DNA of 36,378 bases from a virus (lineage: Duplodnaviria > Caudoviricetes), in the IMG/VR virus record IMGVR_UViG_3300039305_000017, positions 1 to 36,378 of that record; one strand, 5' to 3'. This document shows positions 25,035 through 34,181 of the stretch, one piece after another. Below the pieces are notes generated by a model. It ran no database searches and had not been told where the DNA came from. It worked only from the letters and a program-made list of their open reading frames with translations. Position numbers and translations under genes: made by a program. Position 1 is the first letter of the stretch, and every line of letters starts with the position of its first letter.

Positions 25035-25396
25035 TGGTTCAATCTCCCTTGAACGATGTGCACGACCGGCGTCTGCCCGTCGTATAGGTTGGGGTCTGCG
25101 GTGACGATGCGATAGGTCTTGCCGTTGCAGGTGGCGGTGTCGTCTGGCTCCGGCGTAATCGGCAGGCCAACGGCGCTGATGTAGAGCTTGACGTCTCCGG
25201 TCTTGATCACCGTGCCGTCGATCTCGCGCGCCTCGTAGGTGTCGGGGAAGATCTTCGCCGGATAAGGCGTTGGTACAGGATCGCCGCCGAAGATATCGTC
25301 AGGCGCAGCATACCGCGTGACCGTGCCTGCTTGGCCGTATTTGCTCAGCAACCGCTCAGCAGTGGCCTGCAGGCGCGTGTAGAGAGGGTTGGGCAT
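25031..25396 (-). CDS. Head closure/head-tail joining protein
   Basis: Y.RLQATA.RLL.KYGQ, IDGT.I..GD motifs. Confidence 0.75.
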   Translation of the reverse strand: MPNPLYTRLQATAERLLSKYGQAGTVTRYAAPDDIFGGDPVPTPYPAKIFPDTYEAREIDGTVIKTGDVKLYISAVGLPITPEPDDTATCNGKTYRIVTADPNLYDGQTPVVHIVQGRLNQ

Positions 25397-25407
25397 TAGA
25401 CCTCGCA

Positions 25408-25432
25408 GGAACTATGGCGGCAGCGCCTTGTT
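25408..25432 (+). promoter_or_regulatory. Putative general-stress sigma (EcfG/RpoE2-type) promoter
   Basis: GGAAC-N17-GTT upstream of RBS GAGGA and ATG 25459. Confidence 0.5.
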
Positions 25433-25458
25433 GGTGCCATTCAACGAGGAACCCGACC

Positions 25459-25596
25459 ATGACCGAGAAGAAGCCAGCAGAGAGCGACGATGCTCGTACC
25501 GGAAAAGACGCGGACAAGAACCGTGAGGAGCTTGTGAAGAAGGCAGAGAAAGGCCTTGAAGACGCTCACGGCAACAAGCCCAAAGACCAGATCTAA
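25459..25596 (+). CDS. 45-aa hydrophilic peptide (moron)
   Basis: MTEKKPAESDDARTGKDADKNREELVKKAEKGLEDAHGNKPKDQI*; good RBS. Confidence 0.6.
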   Translation: MTEKKPAESDDARTGKDADKNREELVKKAEKGLEDAHGNKPKDQI

Positions 25597-26102
25597 TAAC
25601 GAATGAGCGCTCTAACTGAGGTATTGCCGGCAGAGGCAACCAGGACGTTGTGCAAGATGCCGTCGATCACTGCGAATGATGGTTTCGGAGCGATCGCAGA
25701 GGCCGCCTGATATTCCGTCTCTTCCTCGATCAAGCCAACCTTCACCCGTTCCGCCTTGATAGGCGCTTTGCCATCGAAGTCAGGCGCGAGTGAACCCGGG
25801 TTCACCAGCTCACGCAGCGCGGCTTCATACGCAGCCTCTTCGACTTCGACTGGCACCTCGTCGTCCGCAAGCTGATCGCCCGCGGCGTCCACCGCGTCCG
25901 TTCGAGGCCATTCCCGTACCTGCGAACGGCCGCCCGCCTTCTTGCCGCTGAATCGCACGCGATACGTGTTGTCGATCCAAACACAAGCGCGCAACAGCGC
26001 AGCCTGTCGATCCTCATCGTCGCCGGTCGCAGCCCAAACCACATTGGCGCGAGCTTGATGATATGCGTCAGCCGCTGCCAGCGTTCCATAGTGGTCAGGC
26101 AT
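25593..26102 (-). CDS. Head-tail connector/adaptor (DnaT-like annotated family)
   Basis: Y.TLAAADAYH, AALLRA..WID, Q.REWPR, VP.EV..A.YEAALREL. Confidence 0.8.
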   Translation of the reverse strand: MPDHYGTLAAADAYHQARANVVWAATGDDEDRQAALLRACVWIDNTYRVRFSGKKAGGRSQVREWPRTDAVDAAGDQLADDEVPVEVEEAAYEAALRELVNPGSLAPDFDGKAPIKAERVKVGLIEEETEYQAASAIAPKPSFAVIDGILHNVLVASAGNTSVRALIRY

Positions 26103-26305
26103 CAATTCACCTCTATTGCTTTGAACGCTGTTAGATCGACCGTCAGCCATTCGTCGTCCGCCAGCTTCACGACAGCCGAGATTGCAGCCGCTATGTCATT
26201 AGTGTCGTGGCCATCCGCGTCGAACAGATTGGTTATCTGCCCCATGCGACCGTCGTTAGCGAGAGCTACGCGGTCGGAGCAGTTGATGGCCTCAATCTCG
26301 ATCAT
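26102..26305 (-). CDS. Small hypothetical phage protein
   Basis: ITNLFDADG.DT.D motif; TGATG coupling to the connector gene. Confidence 0.7.
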   Translation of the reverse strand: MIEIEAINCSDRVALANDGRMGQITNLFDADGHDTNDIAAAISAVVKLADDEWLTVDLTAFKAIEVN

Positions 26306-26323
26306 CTGGCTATAGCCTTATAG

Positions 26324-26347
26324 AAAAAGCCGCCTCAGCGGCGGCTT
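26324..26347 (-). terminator. Intrinsic terminator hairpin
   Basis: AAAAAGCCGCC TCAGC GGCGGCTT. Confidence 0.75.
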
Positions 26348-26405
26348 GGATGTTTTCATATGGCAGCAGCCGCGGCGTCTGTTGCCGAGGGCAGCTCGTG
26401 CCCCG

Positions 26406-26924
26406 TTATTCTGCTGCGATCGTGAAGTCCTGGTCAAACGTTGACGTCTGAGTCCCGCTCATGTCGTGGATCGTGTAGGTCAGCGTGTATTGACCCGCCG
26501 GCGCGCCAGTCAGCGTCAGAGTGAAGTCCATCGAGAACTCCATGTTCGCGTTATGGCTCTGCAACACGTTCTTAGCGAAGCCTTTTTGGTCGAGGAGAAC
26601 TTCGCCGCTCGCTGCCTTGATCTTCACGTCCGAAACGAAGTTGAGCTCGTACATGTCGTTGGGCAATTCCTTCCAGCCGAAGCCGATCGGCTCAACGTAG
26701 GTGATGACCTTCTCACCCGGCTTAAAGATGCTGGATTGCTTCTCCTGATAGATACCGTAGCCCTTCGAAGGCTCGGTGACGAACGTGAAGGTCCTTTCGG
26801 TCAAGCCAAGCTTCCCCCACGCCTCATAAGTTTTTTCTTCGGCCTTGGTAAGAACGTCACTTGGCGCTGAAAATGCGGGCTGTCCGAATATTAACACTGA
26901 AGCCAGGACGAGTGCGAGACGCAT
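26406..26924 (-). CDS. Exported hypothetical protein (beta-rich)
   Basis: RBS GGAG; signal MRLALVLASVLIFGQPAFS|A; YVEPIGFGW, G.P.GQY.L.YTI.D. Confidence 0.8.
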   Translation of the reverse strand: MRLALVLASVLIFGQPAFSAPSDVLTKAEEKTYEAWGKLGLTERTFTFVTEPSKGYGIYQEKQSSIFKPGEKVITYVEPIGFGWKELPNDMYELNFVSDVKIKAASGEVLLDQKGFAKNVLQSHNANMEFSMDFTLTLTGAPAGQYTLTYTIHDMSGTQTSTFDQDFTIAAE

Positions 26925-27101
26925 ACAAATACTCCGTCGATAGAATGGAACGATCTCGCTAGTCTCGCACAGAAGGCTGAAGAATTGCTGACTGCTCTGC
27001 GCTGTCATGAAGGCAGCGCGCGGCGACAGTTGTTACGGAGCTACTTCCAAAGCATGGGACCTAAGTCCAGTCGACGGGAGCAGTTGCAGCATTATGTCCT
27101 C

Positions 27102-27203
27102 ATGATGAACTTGCGCCCTCACATCCTTACGCTAATCATCGCAGCCGCTCTCGTCACCACTGCCGGGTTGGCGATGGCTGAATTTGCAAGTCTTCCCTTT
27201 TGA
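27102..27203 (+). CDS. 33-aa hydrophobic peptide
   Basis: MMNLRPHILTLIIAAALVTTAGLAMAEFASLPF*. Confidence 0.4.
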   Translation: MMNLRPHILTLIIAAALVTTAGLAMAEFASLPF

Positions 27204-27385
27204 TGGAGCCCGCCGCCTTTGAGGTTAGGGCGCCGGTGCGGTTCGGTAAAATGCACGACGTTTCGCTCGCCCTTATTTAAGCCAATCCGAAAGGACTCTG
27301 ACCTAAAACGCCACATATCATTGATGCCGGCGCTCCCATTCGTTAACCGAACCACTGTTGATGAACGGTAGATGGTCGAGTTGAA

Positions 27386-27532
27386 ATGCCGGAGCAAGAA
27401 ATCATAGAGCGCACGTTGTGTCTCGGCGAGCGGACGTCTTGGACGCCGTGGCTTATGGGCGCTGGCGCGGCCCTCATGATTGCGGTGGGCGTCTTTATCT
27501 ACTTGGCGAGCAGGCAGAGGCCGATGCTCTGA
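27386..27532 (+). CDS. 48-aa single-TM peptide (not in the ORF track)
   Basis: MPEQEIIERTLCLGERTSWTPWLMGAGAALMIAVGVFIYLASRQRPML*. Confidence 0.4.
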   Translation: MPEQEIIERTLCLGERTSWTPWLMGAGAALMIAVGVFIYLASRQRPML

Positions 27533-27578
27533 CCAGCCTGGCAAAGGCCGACAGTCCAACCCGCGCTCGTAGGCAGGG

Positions 27579-27806
27579 TCAGCGGCCATCTCCAGCTGTT
27601 GCCTGAAGCCAAACATCTTCGATAAGCCAGCCAAAGAGCCACGCTTCGTATCGGTCGGACCAGTCCTGGGGCTTTGAGCTCTCTACCTGACCACGGTCGC
27701 CTTCTCGTAGAGCCGGGTTGTTTCTCCGCGACAGACCCCAGGCCCTCGCTTTCATTCCTTCCCCCTGGAGAGCAAGGACATCATCCAATTCCAAACCCAA
27801 GTCCAT
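27579..27806 (-). CDS. Rmf/CrpP-like small protein
   Basis: Q.EG.KAR..G.....NP...W...AW..GW pattern. Confidence 0.55.
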   Translation of the reverse strand: MDLGLELDDVLALQGEGMKARAWGLSRRNNPALREGDRGQVESSKPQDWSDRYEAWLFGWLIEDVWLQATAGDGR

Positions 27807-27984
27807 CGGTAACACCGGCACCCACGAATCATTAGCAATGCATGAAATACATCTCCTTCAGAACGAAGATTCGCAACATGGACTTCAGTCCGACGTTGGT
27901 TCCTCCCCACCTAATGCTGCCGCTCATTAGGGCTAAGGCCGACGAATTGTCGCATCAGTGACCTAGACATTGCTGTTCCAGCAC

Positions 27985-28276
27985 CGATCTGCGCATCTGC
28001 CATGAGGCTTTGGAGGAGGATTCCGCTCGTTTCTCTGCCTTGCTAACGGATATCCGTATGCCGGGAGAAGCAAATGGATGGGACGTTGCTCGCAGAGCAA
28101 GGGAGTTGCAGGCATTGCTGCCGGTGATCTACATGACTGGAGACAGTGCCGAGCACTGGAGGGCTCAGGGGGTTCCCGGAAGCGTTCTGCTTCAAAAGCC
28201 GTTTGTATCGGCACAGTTGATAACAGCCTTGAGCACTCTCCTCAACGATGCTGGTATGTCCGCGCTCGGTCAGTAG
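27985..28276 (+). pseudogene. 5'-truncated single-domain response regulator (receiver)
   Basis: LLTDIRMPG..NGW.VAR.AR, PVIYMTG, LQKPF retained; N-terminal beta1/acidic pocket absent; apparent 1-nt frameshift near 28008-28011. Confidence 0.7.
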
Positions 28277-28360
28277 CCTCCTATCATTGCTCCTTGTCAT
28301 CTGACGTCGCCCCAAATCGATTGATGTTGGCGAGGGGGGTCCGCTGTCGGCCCACTGCAG

Positions 28361-29590
28361 TCATTGACGCCGTCCGGCTAAAAACGCGATAACTGCCAGA
28401 CACTGGACAGCCACAGCCAATATGAAAACGGCGGGATCGAAGATCGTCCGGGCCATGCCGAACAGTGCGGGAGCGAGGGCATAGGTCGCCTGGCTCAGAG
28501 CCACGATCAGCGGCACGACGCGGGAGACATCGGCTTTGTCGAACTCGGCCTGGGCGATGAGAGGCGGGAGCGATGTGGCGTTGCCTATGCCCAGGCCGAA
28601 AAGCAGCACGCCGACAACCATTGCAGCAGTATCTCCTCCACCCGTCGTCAAAAGCATCAGGGTGCCGATGATCTGAACGCCATAGCTGGCGGAGGCAATC
28701 AGACGGCGGTCCGCCGAAGCCGGCATCAGCCAGCCGATGCCAGTGCGCCCGAGGATTGCCGCAACGGTAGCTCCTCCCATCAGCAGGCCCGCCGCCTGTG
28801 ATCCGAAGACAGGAACCATGATCGAAAACAAATGGGCCAGCAGTCCGATCTGCGCAAACAGCCCCGCAGCCATACCCGCTGCCAGCGTCAGGAAGCGGCG
28901 GTCGCGCCAAAGCAAAGCGCCTGCTATGGGCGCAGCGAGCAGTGGAGCCGTCGCCTCGTGGTCCGCCCGTGCTCCATCCGGAATTTGCCCCAGAACGTCG
29001 GGAGACTTGGAAAATGCCAGAACGGACAACGCGACCACGGTGGTGACCATGGAAATGCCGACGATGGCGGCTGCCTGTGCAAACCCGCTTGAGGCGATGA
29101 GCATGACCCACAGAGGCGAGAAGATCACGCCGCCCACACTTGCTCCGTTGTACGCCATGGACAATGCTGCCGGGCGGGCGCGGACAAACCAGGGTGCGAT
29201 AATGGCGTTCACCGCCGCAGCGCCCATTGCAACCCAGCCTGTTCCGCTCAAGAGAGCGGCGGCAAACAGGTGCCACGGCTGGTCGGCTACGGCCCAACCG
29301 ACGACGCCGATGGCGAGGAGGCCCGCGCCGATGGTGGTGACCGCGGCTACGCCCGCGAGCCGATACAGTCGAGGAAGGTTTGCCACGACGACCGCACCGA
29401 TCAAAAAGTGCAGCGTTACGGCAGCCGAGACAAGCGCAACGGACCATCCCGTTCGCTGGACTACCATCTGCAGGTAGATCGGCGGTCCGTAGAAACCGAC
29501 GCCCCAGCCAAAGACGGCCAGCACGAAGGTCGCAGCGACCACATGCCAGCCGAAGAAGGATGCGGTCGTGGATGGTGAGCAAGACGTCAT
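28361..29590 (-). CDS. MFS transporter
   Basis: 409 aa with about 12 hydrophobic segments; GWGVGFYG, PWF.R.R..ALS.AYNGAS.GG. Confidence 0.9.
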   Translation of the reverse strand: MTSCSPSTTASFFGWHVVAATFVLAVFGWGVGFYGPPIYLQMVVQRTGWSVALVSAAVTLHFLIGAVVVANLPRLYRLAGVAAVTTIGAGLLAIGVVGWAVADQPWHLFAAALLSGTGWVAMGAAAVNAIIAPWFVRARPAALSMAYNGASVGGVIFSPLWVMLIASSGFAQAAAIVGISMVTTVVALSVLAFSKSPDVLGQIPDGARADHEATAPLLAAPIAGALLWRDRRFLTLAAGMAAGLFAQIGLLAHLFSIMVPVFGSQAAGLLMGGATVAAILGRTGIGWLMPASADRRLIASASYGVQIIGTLMLLTTGGGDTAAMVVGVLLFGLGIGNATSLPPLIAQAEFDKADVSRVVPLIVALSQATYALAPALFGMARTIFDPAVFILAVAVQCLAVIAFLAGRRQ

Positions 29591-29696
29591 AATCTGGGCT
29601 CCAATTGCGATGGACCCTTATGGCAGCTTCCTCGAAGAGATGCTTCGGTCGCGATCGAAGTGTTATGGCTTGTCGGCTATTGGATCAAAGTTGCCG

Positions 29697-29855
29697 TCAA
29701 TGCACCCCACCGCCCTGTACTGCGAGCAACCCCTTGCAGACTCCGTCGCTCAAAGCAGCATCAGCTTTCGTGACAGGAACGAACTTCGAAGCACCGGTGA
29801 CCGCCTCAAGGGCGGCCACGATGCGCTTGTCGATCAGCGTCGAGAGGATAGGCAT
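29697..29855 (-). pseudogene. Truncated head-spike-base-like gene (52 aa)
   Basis: MPILSTL...FVPVTKADAALSDGVCKGLL then an early stop; resembles the N-half of RcGTA Rcc01079-type spike base proteins. Confidence 0.5.
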
Positions 29856-29859
29856 GCCC

Positions 29860-30450
29860 TCAGCCCCGGCGCTTCAGTTCGGCCTCGATGGCTGCATTGG
29901 CTTCCTCGCCGTTGCTGATCGGGGTCTCGCTGAGCTTGGAGGCAAGAGAACGACGTTCCTGCCAGGTGAGGTCACGCCAGTTGTCCGGAATGGCAACGGC
30001 ATCATCGGCGCTGGACGAACCAGAGCCATCAGCGCCGGCCACCGGCTGATCAGCAACGATCTTCTGCGCGCCGGGCGTTATGGCCTCCCCAGCCTGCTCG
30101 ATCGTCTGTGCCGGCTGTCCGGTCGACACGTCGGTGTTGCTGGCCTTGATGCCAATGCCGCCGACGGCCGCGACTTCAGCGTTTGCAGCGAAATTCCCTT
30201 CACTATCCGCGAGTAGCTGAGCTGTGCCTTCCGGGTCGGGCTTGGAAGGCTCATTGTCTGCCAGTGCCGAGGCGGATCGCTGCGAAGCTTTCTCCGCCTG
30301 CTGTGCCATCTTATCGAAGGCATCAGCAAGGCGGTCGACAGCAGTCGATCCGCCCAGACGGTTTGCTCGGGAACGAAGGATCTGTGCGCGGCTCTCGTCA
30401 CGACGTGCGATAGCCTCCGCCAGTAGCGGATCATTCTCATGATCGGTCAT
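29860..30450 (-). CDS. Hypothetical low-complexity protein after the capsid gene
   Basis: RBS GGAG; C-terminal IPDNWRDLTW...AIEAELKRR helical module. Confidence 0.75.
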   Translation of the reverse strand: MTDHENDPLLAEAIARRDESRAQILRSRANRLGGSTAVDRLADAFDKMAQQAEKASQRSASALADNEPSKPDPEGTAQLLADSEGNFAANAEVAAVGGIGIKASNTDVSTGQPAQTIEQAGEAITPGAQKIVADQPVAGADGSGSSSADDAVAIPDNWRDLTWQERRSLASKLSETPISNGEEANAAIEAELKRRG

Positions 30451-30481
30451 GATGTTTCTCCAGATTGAGGATGTGATGGAG

Positions 30482-30497
30482 AGGGGCCGAAACCCCT
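30482..30497 (-). terminator. Short hairpin after the major capsid gene
   Basis: AGGGG CCGAAA CCCCT. Confidence 0.45.
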
Positions 30498-30501
30498 ACC
30501 C

Positions 30502-31506
30502 TCAGCCGTTCGTGACGACCGCGACCATGCGGATCAGCTTCGGATCGTAGACCCGCGTCCAGTTGGCGCCGGTGGCGAGTTCGGCATCGGTTACACCGGA
30601 CGCAGATGCCGGGGTGCCGCTGAACTGAACGCCACGCGGGTGCATGACCCAGTGACGGCGATACCAGACGGTTTCGACGCCCTCACCGTTGCCGGCTGAT
30701 GGAGCGCTGTCCAGTTCGACAGGCTTCTTCGGTCCGCCCTCGCCCGTTGCCTCGGCATAGCCGATCGCACCGTTGCCGAAGAGGTAGCTGGTATACTTGA
30801 AGCCCGAGGTAGTGCCAGCTTCACGCGGGCATTGGTCGGAGACGTAAACGATCTTGTCGTCCCACATGTCGAAGTCGAGGCCGGTCGCCGGATCCTTGAA
30901 CTTCTCGATCGCGCGGGCTGCACGCAGGTTGTAGAACACCCGCGAGTGCATGAGAACGGCAGAGAGCGTGGTGCCGTATTCGCCAAGCAGAGCGTAGGCA
31001 TTGGCGGCGATCTCAGCGTCCAGGTTCACTGGCGTGGTGGCGCCGGCTTCAGAGGCGACGTTGAGAACATTGCCAGCCATACCTGACGAAGCAAACACGC
31101 CCTTCATCTGCTGGCCCATGATGCGCTGCTCTTCACGCACCCAGTACTCAGCAATGAGCTGGGCAACCGCATCGAGCGGGTCTTCGGCAAGCATGGACGC
31201 CACGAGGTTGGCGGACTGCCAGCCGTTGTTGCGGCGGATCTTGCGAGCCATGTCCTGGCCCTGAGTCAGCTTGTTCGGCGTGGCGTTCTGTGCCGGATCG
31301 TCCGTCGAAACATTCGAGTTGCCGGTCAGGTCATTCCAGAATGGCATCTGGACAAGATCGCCGGGGCCATTGGCGAAACGCTGAAGCTCGCCATCGGTGG
31401 AGACGATCGGGGAGTTGCGAATGCGCGACAGCTGCGCGATGCGCTGGATTGTCGTGGGGAGGAAGAGCGGGCCATAGATGACGTCGCTCAGGCGGGTCGT
31501 TGCCAT
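30502..31506 (-). CDS. Major capsid protein
   Basis: MATTRLSDVI after GGAG; MPFWNDL, DPLDAVA, MHSRV, SYLFG.GAI, HPRG, NW.RVYDPK.I. Confidence 0.92.
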   Translation of the reverse strand: MATTRLSDVIYGPLFLPTTIQRIAQLSRIRNSPIVSTDGELQRFANGPGDLVQMPFWNDLTGNSNVSTDDPAQNATPNKLTQGQDMARKIRRNNGWQSANLVASMLAEDPLDAVAQLIAEYWVREEQRIMGQQMKGVFASSGMAGNVLNVASEAGATTPVNLDAEIAANAYALLGEYGTTLSAVLMHSRVFYNLRAARAIEKFKDPATGLDFDMWDDKIVYVSDQCPREAGTTSGFKYTSYLFGNGAIGYAEATGEGGPKKPVELDSAPSAGNGEGVETVWYRRHWVMHPRGVQFSGTPASASGVTDAELATGANWTRVYDPKLIRMVAVVTNG

Positions 31507-31608
31507 TGCAAAAGCTCCTAATGATGTTTGGAGATTGTGGGGTGGTTCAGTCACGGTCACCCCACTGGGCATGACCTCGTATTCCAGTAGCGCCACTGAC
31601 GCCGGGTA

Positions 31609-32391
31609 TTACCAGTAAGGCTTGACGCCGACGGCTTCGGCCATCTGGCGAGCCTTGGTGTCGTTCGCGACGATCAGCTCTTGCTGCTTCGTACGGTTCG
31701 GGTTCTTTGGGTCTAACGGGTTGTCAGTGAAGCGTTTGCCGTCACCGCCCTTGGCGTCGCCACCGGTAGCCTTGGCGACGAAGACCTTGCCCTCGTCCTG
31801 ACCTGCCCAGCTGCGGACATAGTCGGAGAGCGACGTGCGATCGTTCACGCCGTCGTCGGCAAAGACCTCGATGGTGTCATCGTCCTCGACGAGCTTGATC
31901 TGGCCCTTTTCCTTCAGGAGAGCCTTGGCGGCCGGAAGAAAGCCCTTGTCGATTCCGGCATCAAGCAGCGCCTTGGTGAGGCCATCGTCAACCATCACGC
32001 GGCGAAGAGCGGCATCAAGCTTGCTTGCGCGGCCTTCCAGCTTCTCGCGGTCCTTAGCAAACTTTGCTTCGAGCTGCGTCTTCTGCGCCGCCAGGCGTTC
32101 CTCGATCTTCGGCGGTTCCTTGCCTTCTGCTTGAGTGCGGAGCGCCTCATAGGCTTCCGCGTCAAAATCTTCCGGCAGACCTTCAAGTCGGCTTTCGGCG
32201 GCTGTCAGCTTTTCGCTCAGGGTGCGCTTCTCGCCACGAACGCGATCGAGCGCAGACTTAAGTGCCGCGGCACCAGGGTGGGCTTCGATCCCCTCGACGA
32301 TCAGGACCAACTTGCCGTCCTTCTCCTCGTAGAGCGAGCGGTACTGTTCCTCGACACTATCGAGGTTGTCGATAATTGCTTTCAGGGCCAC
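31609..32391 (-). CDS. Capsid scaffolding protein
   Basis: ALKAIID.LD.V.E.YR.LY.EKDGK; coiled coil; Gly-rich tail; GTG start after AGGAG. Confidence 0.8.
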   Translation of the reverse strand: MALKAIIDNLDSVEEQYRSLYEEKDGKLVLIVEGIEAHPGAAALKSALDRVRGEKRTLSEKLTAAESRLEGLPEDFDAEAYEALRTQAEGKEPPKIEERLAAQKTQLEAKFAKDREKLEGRASKLDAALRRVMVDDGLTKALLDAGIDKGFLPAAKALLKEKGQIKLVEDDDTIEVFADDGVNDRTSLSDYVRSWAGQDEGKVFVAKATGGDAKGGDGKRFTDNPLDPKNPNRTKQQELIVANDTKARQMAEAVGVKPYW

Positions 32392-32430
32392 TGGCCGTCT
32401 CCTTGGTTGATCCGGTCACTGCCGGACATG

Positions 32431-32451
32431 AAAAAGCCGCCGTGAGGCGGC
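32431..32451 (-). terminator. Intrinsic terminator hairpin
   Basis: AAAAAGCCGCC GTGA GGCGGC. Confidence 0.75.
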
Positions 32452-32490
32452 GGAAGGTGTGCGCGGATAAGCATTAATTAGGAGGCGAAC

Positions 32491-32694
32491 ATCGAGACCG
32501 ACATCTACTCTCTCATCGTCATGAGCGCGGTTGCGCTCGTGGTGCTTTGGCTCGTTGTGTTCGTTGTCCGAAAGCTGATCGGGCTGGCGCTTGTGGTTGC
32601 TCTTCTGATCGGGGCTTGGATGGTCTGGAATGACCCGCTCCTACTGCAGGACGCCTTGTACGCCGTGTCTGACTTCATCCGTGGCTACGTCTGA
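32491..32694 (+). CDS. Small two-TM membrane protein (moron); start ATC 32491 or ATG 32521
   Basis: AGGAGG 5 nt before ATC; ...MSAVALVVLWLVVFVVRKLIGLALVVALLIGAWMVWNDP...*. Confidence 0.6.
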   Translation: METDIYSLIVMSAVALVVLWLVVFVVRKLIGLALVVALLIGAWMVWNDPLLLQDALYAVSDFIRGYV

Positions 32695-34067
32695 GGCAGA
32701 TTGAGCGCCGCGTCGCGCTCCTCTTCGCTTCCGAACCTCTCTTCATCGATCAGCTTCAGTTCTGCCTCGTGATCCCGTTCCGCGCTGGCGATCTCGCCGC
32801 GCTGCAGGTTCTCGTAGAGCGTCTCGTAGGCAATGGCGCCATTCTGCCAGAGCGACACAAGCGAGGCTGCTTGCTCGGGCGTTAGCGTGCTGTCGATGAA
32901 GCTCAGGTTCGGCTTAACTGTCACCGCGTCGGGGCTTTGCCCGATCATGATGGCGATGTGCCGGAGTGCCTTCTCCAGCCCCTGAGAGCTCGCCAGCGCG
33001 ATCGACGTCAGCGTGGCGGTCTCTGCTGCGAACCGAATGCGCAGCGCGTCACCGCTCTCAGCTGTCTTTGTCTCTGCGCTGTTGAACAGCCTGGCGCCGG
33101 ATTGCGCCGCGTTCTGCCGCTCGTCCTGGATGGCAACACGATGAGCAGCAATGCCAGTGCCGGCCGGCCCAACATATTTCACATCAGGCGTGCCGGCTTG
33201 ATCACCCTGCTTGATAGAGATTACAGCACCGGCGCCGACCGCTGATGGAGCATCGCCATTGATGACGACAAGGGTCTCTTGCCCTGTCATGAAGAGCTGC
33301 CAGCGATAATCTGCCGACAGCTGATAGAGCGCCACGGCCGATCGAGCGACTCCAAGCAACGGCGGCAATTCCGGATGCAGAGACAGATCGCGGGCTCCCA
33401 TCACGACGAACGGGATCTCGTTCAGCTTCGTGTTGCCCCTGCCTGATGGCGTCACCTCGTCGCCGGCTGTCATTGCGGTGCCGGTGAAAGTCTGGACCGT
33501 GTAACTGCCTTCCTTCATCTCCAGCACGCGGAAGCGCTTCTCCTGCTCCCAACGGAAGCCTTCGCGCTTCAGCCCGCTCTCGTTGAGCACGAACATCGAA
33601 CGGTCATCAGCCCAGTTGATGAGTGCCTCGGCCGAATAGCCGGCGAGCCAAGGCAGATCAGAGCCCTCCGTCGCAGCGTCAGCCAGCAAAGCATAGCGGC
33701 CGGTGGTCAGCAGCTCTGCGGTAATGCGTCGATGCAGCGCCTCAAGCGGCAGGCCGTCTTTCGTTGCCCTTTCCCAAAGCGGATCCATTGCTGCCGGCAT
33801 CTCGATCTGCGCCTCGGTCCGGTGGATGACGCCGACCATTCCGTGGATCGTCGGGTGAACGATTTCGGGGAACTGCGCCCGCTTCTGGTACGCCTCATAT
33901 AGTGCGCGACCACCGTCGGCTTGAGCTTTGAAGCCGGAGGGCTGAGGCAGGTATGTTGCCCCCGCTCCTTTGACCTCTTTCTCGCCTCCCGTCGTGTCTC
34001 GCATCAGCGCCCACTCGTCGGCACGCTCAATGTATGACGGGTGTTTGGTATCGACGGCATCGGTCAT
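32685..34067 (-). CDS. Portal protein (DUF4055-type)
   Basis: HP.Y, YLP.P, Y.AY..RA, EALINW, IPFV, PPLL, ESG.A..IR; follows TerL. Confidence 0.9.
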   Translation of the reverse strand: MTDAVDTKHPSYIERADEWALMRDTTGGEKEVKGAGATYLPQPSGFKAQADGGRALYEAYQKRAQFPEIVHPTIHGMVGVIHRTEAQIEMPAAMDPLWERATKDGLPLEALHRRITAELLTTGRYALLADAATEGSDLPWLAGYSAEALINWADDRSMFVLNESGLKREGFRWEQEKRFRVLEMKEGSYTVQTFTGTAMTAGDEVTPSGRGNTKLNEIPFVVMGARDLSLHPELPPLLGVARSAVALYQLSADYRWQLFMTGQETLVVINGDAPSAVGAGAVISIKQGDQAGTPDVKYVGPAGTGIAAHRVAIQDERQNAAQSGARLFNSAETKTAESGDALRIRFAAETATLTSIALASSQGLEKALRHIAIMIGQSPDAVTVKPNLSFIDSTLTPEQAASLVSLWQNGAIAYETLYENLQRGEIASAERDHEAELKLIDEERFGSEEERDAALNLPQT

Positions 34068-34181
34068 GAAGTAGTCGGCTCCGTTGCCATCATTTTGTTG
34101 AGCAGGACTATTGGCCTAGTTGCGAATGGTGCGCCGCCCGCTACAAGGAGACAGACAACTGCATGACTAAACGAGGTTGCG

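Noticed and set aside
26359-29627. 9-bp direct repeat TATGGCAGC at 26359 and 29619 as a target-site duplication
   Set aside because: The second copy lies about 100 bp inside the apparent junction near 29720, no transposase or terminal inverted repeats are present, and a 9-mer match can arise by chance
31507-31596. 30-aa N-terminal extension of the major capsid protein in the ORF track
   Set aside because: RBS GGAG sits directly before ATG 31506, and MATTRLSD is a typical capsid start
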